In this document: positions 62,539 to 64,000 of the stretch, one piece after another
How positions within the stretch are numbered: the first letter of the stretch is position 1
Layout: every line of letters begins with the position of its first letter
Assembly (NCBI GenBank): GCA_907165135.1
Contig: OU015566.1
Coordinates: forward strand, 10,354,001-10,418,000
From: Oikopleura dioica
Lineage: Eukaryota > Animalia > Chordata
Direction of reading: 5' to 3'
DNA length: 64,000 bases
The notes under the pieces: model-generated
What the model saw: only the letters and a program-made list of their open reading frames with translations
The model's database searches: none
Told to the model about the DNA's origin: nothing
Made by a program: the position numbers and the translations under genes

Positions 62539-64000
62539 TTATATTCTTGAGGTTCCCATGTTTTCATCGGTTACCAACTGTACGCTGTTTTCAAAAAATA
62601 ATCTGTTTGCGAGAATTTCTGCGTGGTCGAAGGCGTTCTTTATAAGATTTTTGCTGCTAGAATGAATCTCTTTGTCTGTCCACGGTTGAATTTCTTCATT
62701 CCAAAGGGTACTAGTGCTCTGTTCTCTTTGATTTCCGCGTTTAAAATAGACAGGGACGAAAGATGTTTCCTCGAGTTGCATGGTTTTCTCATTCGCAATG
62801 GTCGCATCAGGGTCAATTTCGGCATCGTTTATCAAAGCCTCTGTTCTATCAGATGCCTTTTCCGAAACTTCACTGCTTTCAACGGACTCAATTCTTTGCC
62901 GCTTTTGATTTTGTTGGTTCTCGTTCTCTGTCGACTCCCTAGGCAAAGATCTCTTCAGAGCATTTTCCGGTATGATGATGTCTTTCTCCACTAGTTCTGA
63001 GAACTCGTCGATTTTACATGCATCATCGTCGGAAAGCGTCTTGTCACTTAAGTTTGAAAGTTCATCTAATTCAGGTAAAGTATCTTCTTCGGGAAAAGAA
63101 GTAGCCCAATCTATTGTTTCTTGTCTGAAAACGGTCTTTTTCGTTGACGTTTCCCCAATCACCTAAATTTCGTCAATGAAAATCTTCGGTTATTTTTTCG
63201 TCTTACCGAAAATCCAACTTCTTGACCAAGTAATGGTCTCTCATGAAGTTGGTTTTTGATCATCTTTACTAACTCATCTGCGTTTTCCTTCGACGGTGGA
63301 CTTAGCTTCGGAAGATCCGTCAATACCATCGTAAGCGGCAACTGAATTTTTTGACCATCTGGATCCTCGACAAGACCACACATTTCAGCCTCATCGTCCA
63401 GAAGAATGCCATGAACTCTCCGACACTCTCTTCGAATCGTCTTCCACGATTTGTATCCTTTTCCTTCCTCATTGTACTCTTTTACACCTAATACCTTCTT
63501 GAAGACACATTCTTTCAAGCTTGGCATGATGTAGCACTTTTGGTCTTTTAGCTTTTTTCGCTTCTTTCTTGTCGGAAGAATATACTCAGTAAAAATCGAT
63601 TGCAACCGGATGAATGATACTCTCATCTTTATATCAAGCGTCCCATTGAACTAGAAAAGGGTTATTATTGAAAAAAATTGTAAAAAAAATACTCACAAGA
63701 TTAACTTGAGTACAAGCGACCGGTCGCTGTTTTTCAGGAACGTAGTGATAAGAGTAACGATGGAAATGAACGTAGTTGAGGAAAAAAAGGTTGTCGTGGA
63801 GTTTGATAAACTTCGGAACCAGGTGGAATTGTATCCATAGACAAATGCCTTGTCTGAGAGTAGCGCTATCTGTCATTCCAGATTTTTTGATCTTCAGACC
63901 GAAAACCTTCAAATAATGATGAACAGTCAACTCTAGTTATGAGAGACTTACAGATGAAACGACAAACATCGTATCCTTGTCGTAGTCTTCTCTTTTCATC
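62539..64000 (-). CDS. C18orf63 (DUF4708)-like protein with an acidic disordered C-terminus; 5' end outside the window
   Basis: LRQGICLWIQFHLVPKF, KCYIMPSLK, YKSWKTIRRECRRVHGILL and KIQLPLTMV parallel recalled human C18orf63 segments (LQNCLSYSFMARLAPAW, WCYVLPSMK, FHSYGDFQRHWDALYGYKL, TFTYPLSCI); comparison is from memory. Confidence 0.55.

Overview
This is not prokaryotic DNA. It is a gene-dense animal genome segment with many 35-110 nt introns, at least two GA-AG introns, and same-strand genes about 40-135 nt apart, often with an AG acceptor just before the ATG. These traits point to the larvacean tunicate Oikopleura dioica or a close relative (inference, no database search run). Recognisable genes: a G-protein gamma subunit, three tandem GPI-type CUB/mucin genes, a di-Cys repeat + TSP1 + VWA protein, PLCXD, an L-galactose-dehydrogenase-like aldo-keto reductase, a 3CxxC zinc-finger protein, NOP53, KLHDC9, CLCC1, NT5C3, a divergent forkhead-like protein, SLC39A13 (ZIP13), NPC1, an EF-hand protein and a C18orf63-like gene. 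Non-autonomous DNA transposons are common. The three most notable observations are: (i) a ~520 bp TIR element with an 8-9 bp TSD inserted in a PLCXD coding exon, which can only be tolerated if spliced out as a new intron; (ii) a 2.4 kb hAT-type element carrying a 33.7-copy 56-bp hairpin minisatellite; (iii) a duplicated alternative first exon in the AKR gene, one copy interrupted by an AT-AG intron. Exon structures were assembled by eye and are provisional. No CRISPR array, rRNA or complete tRNA was found.
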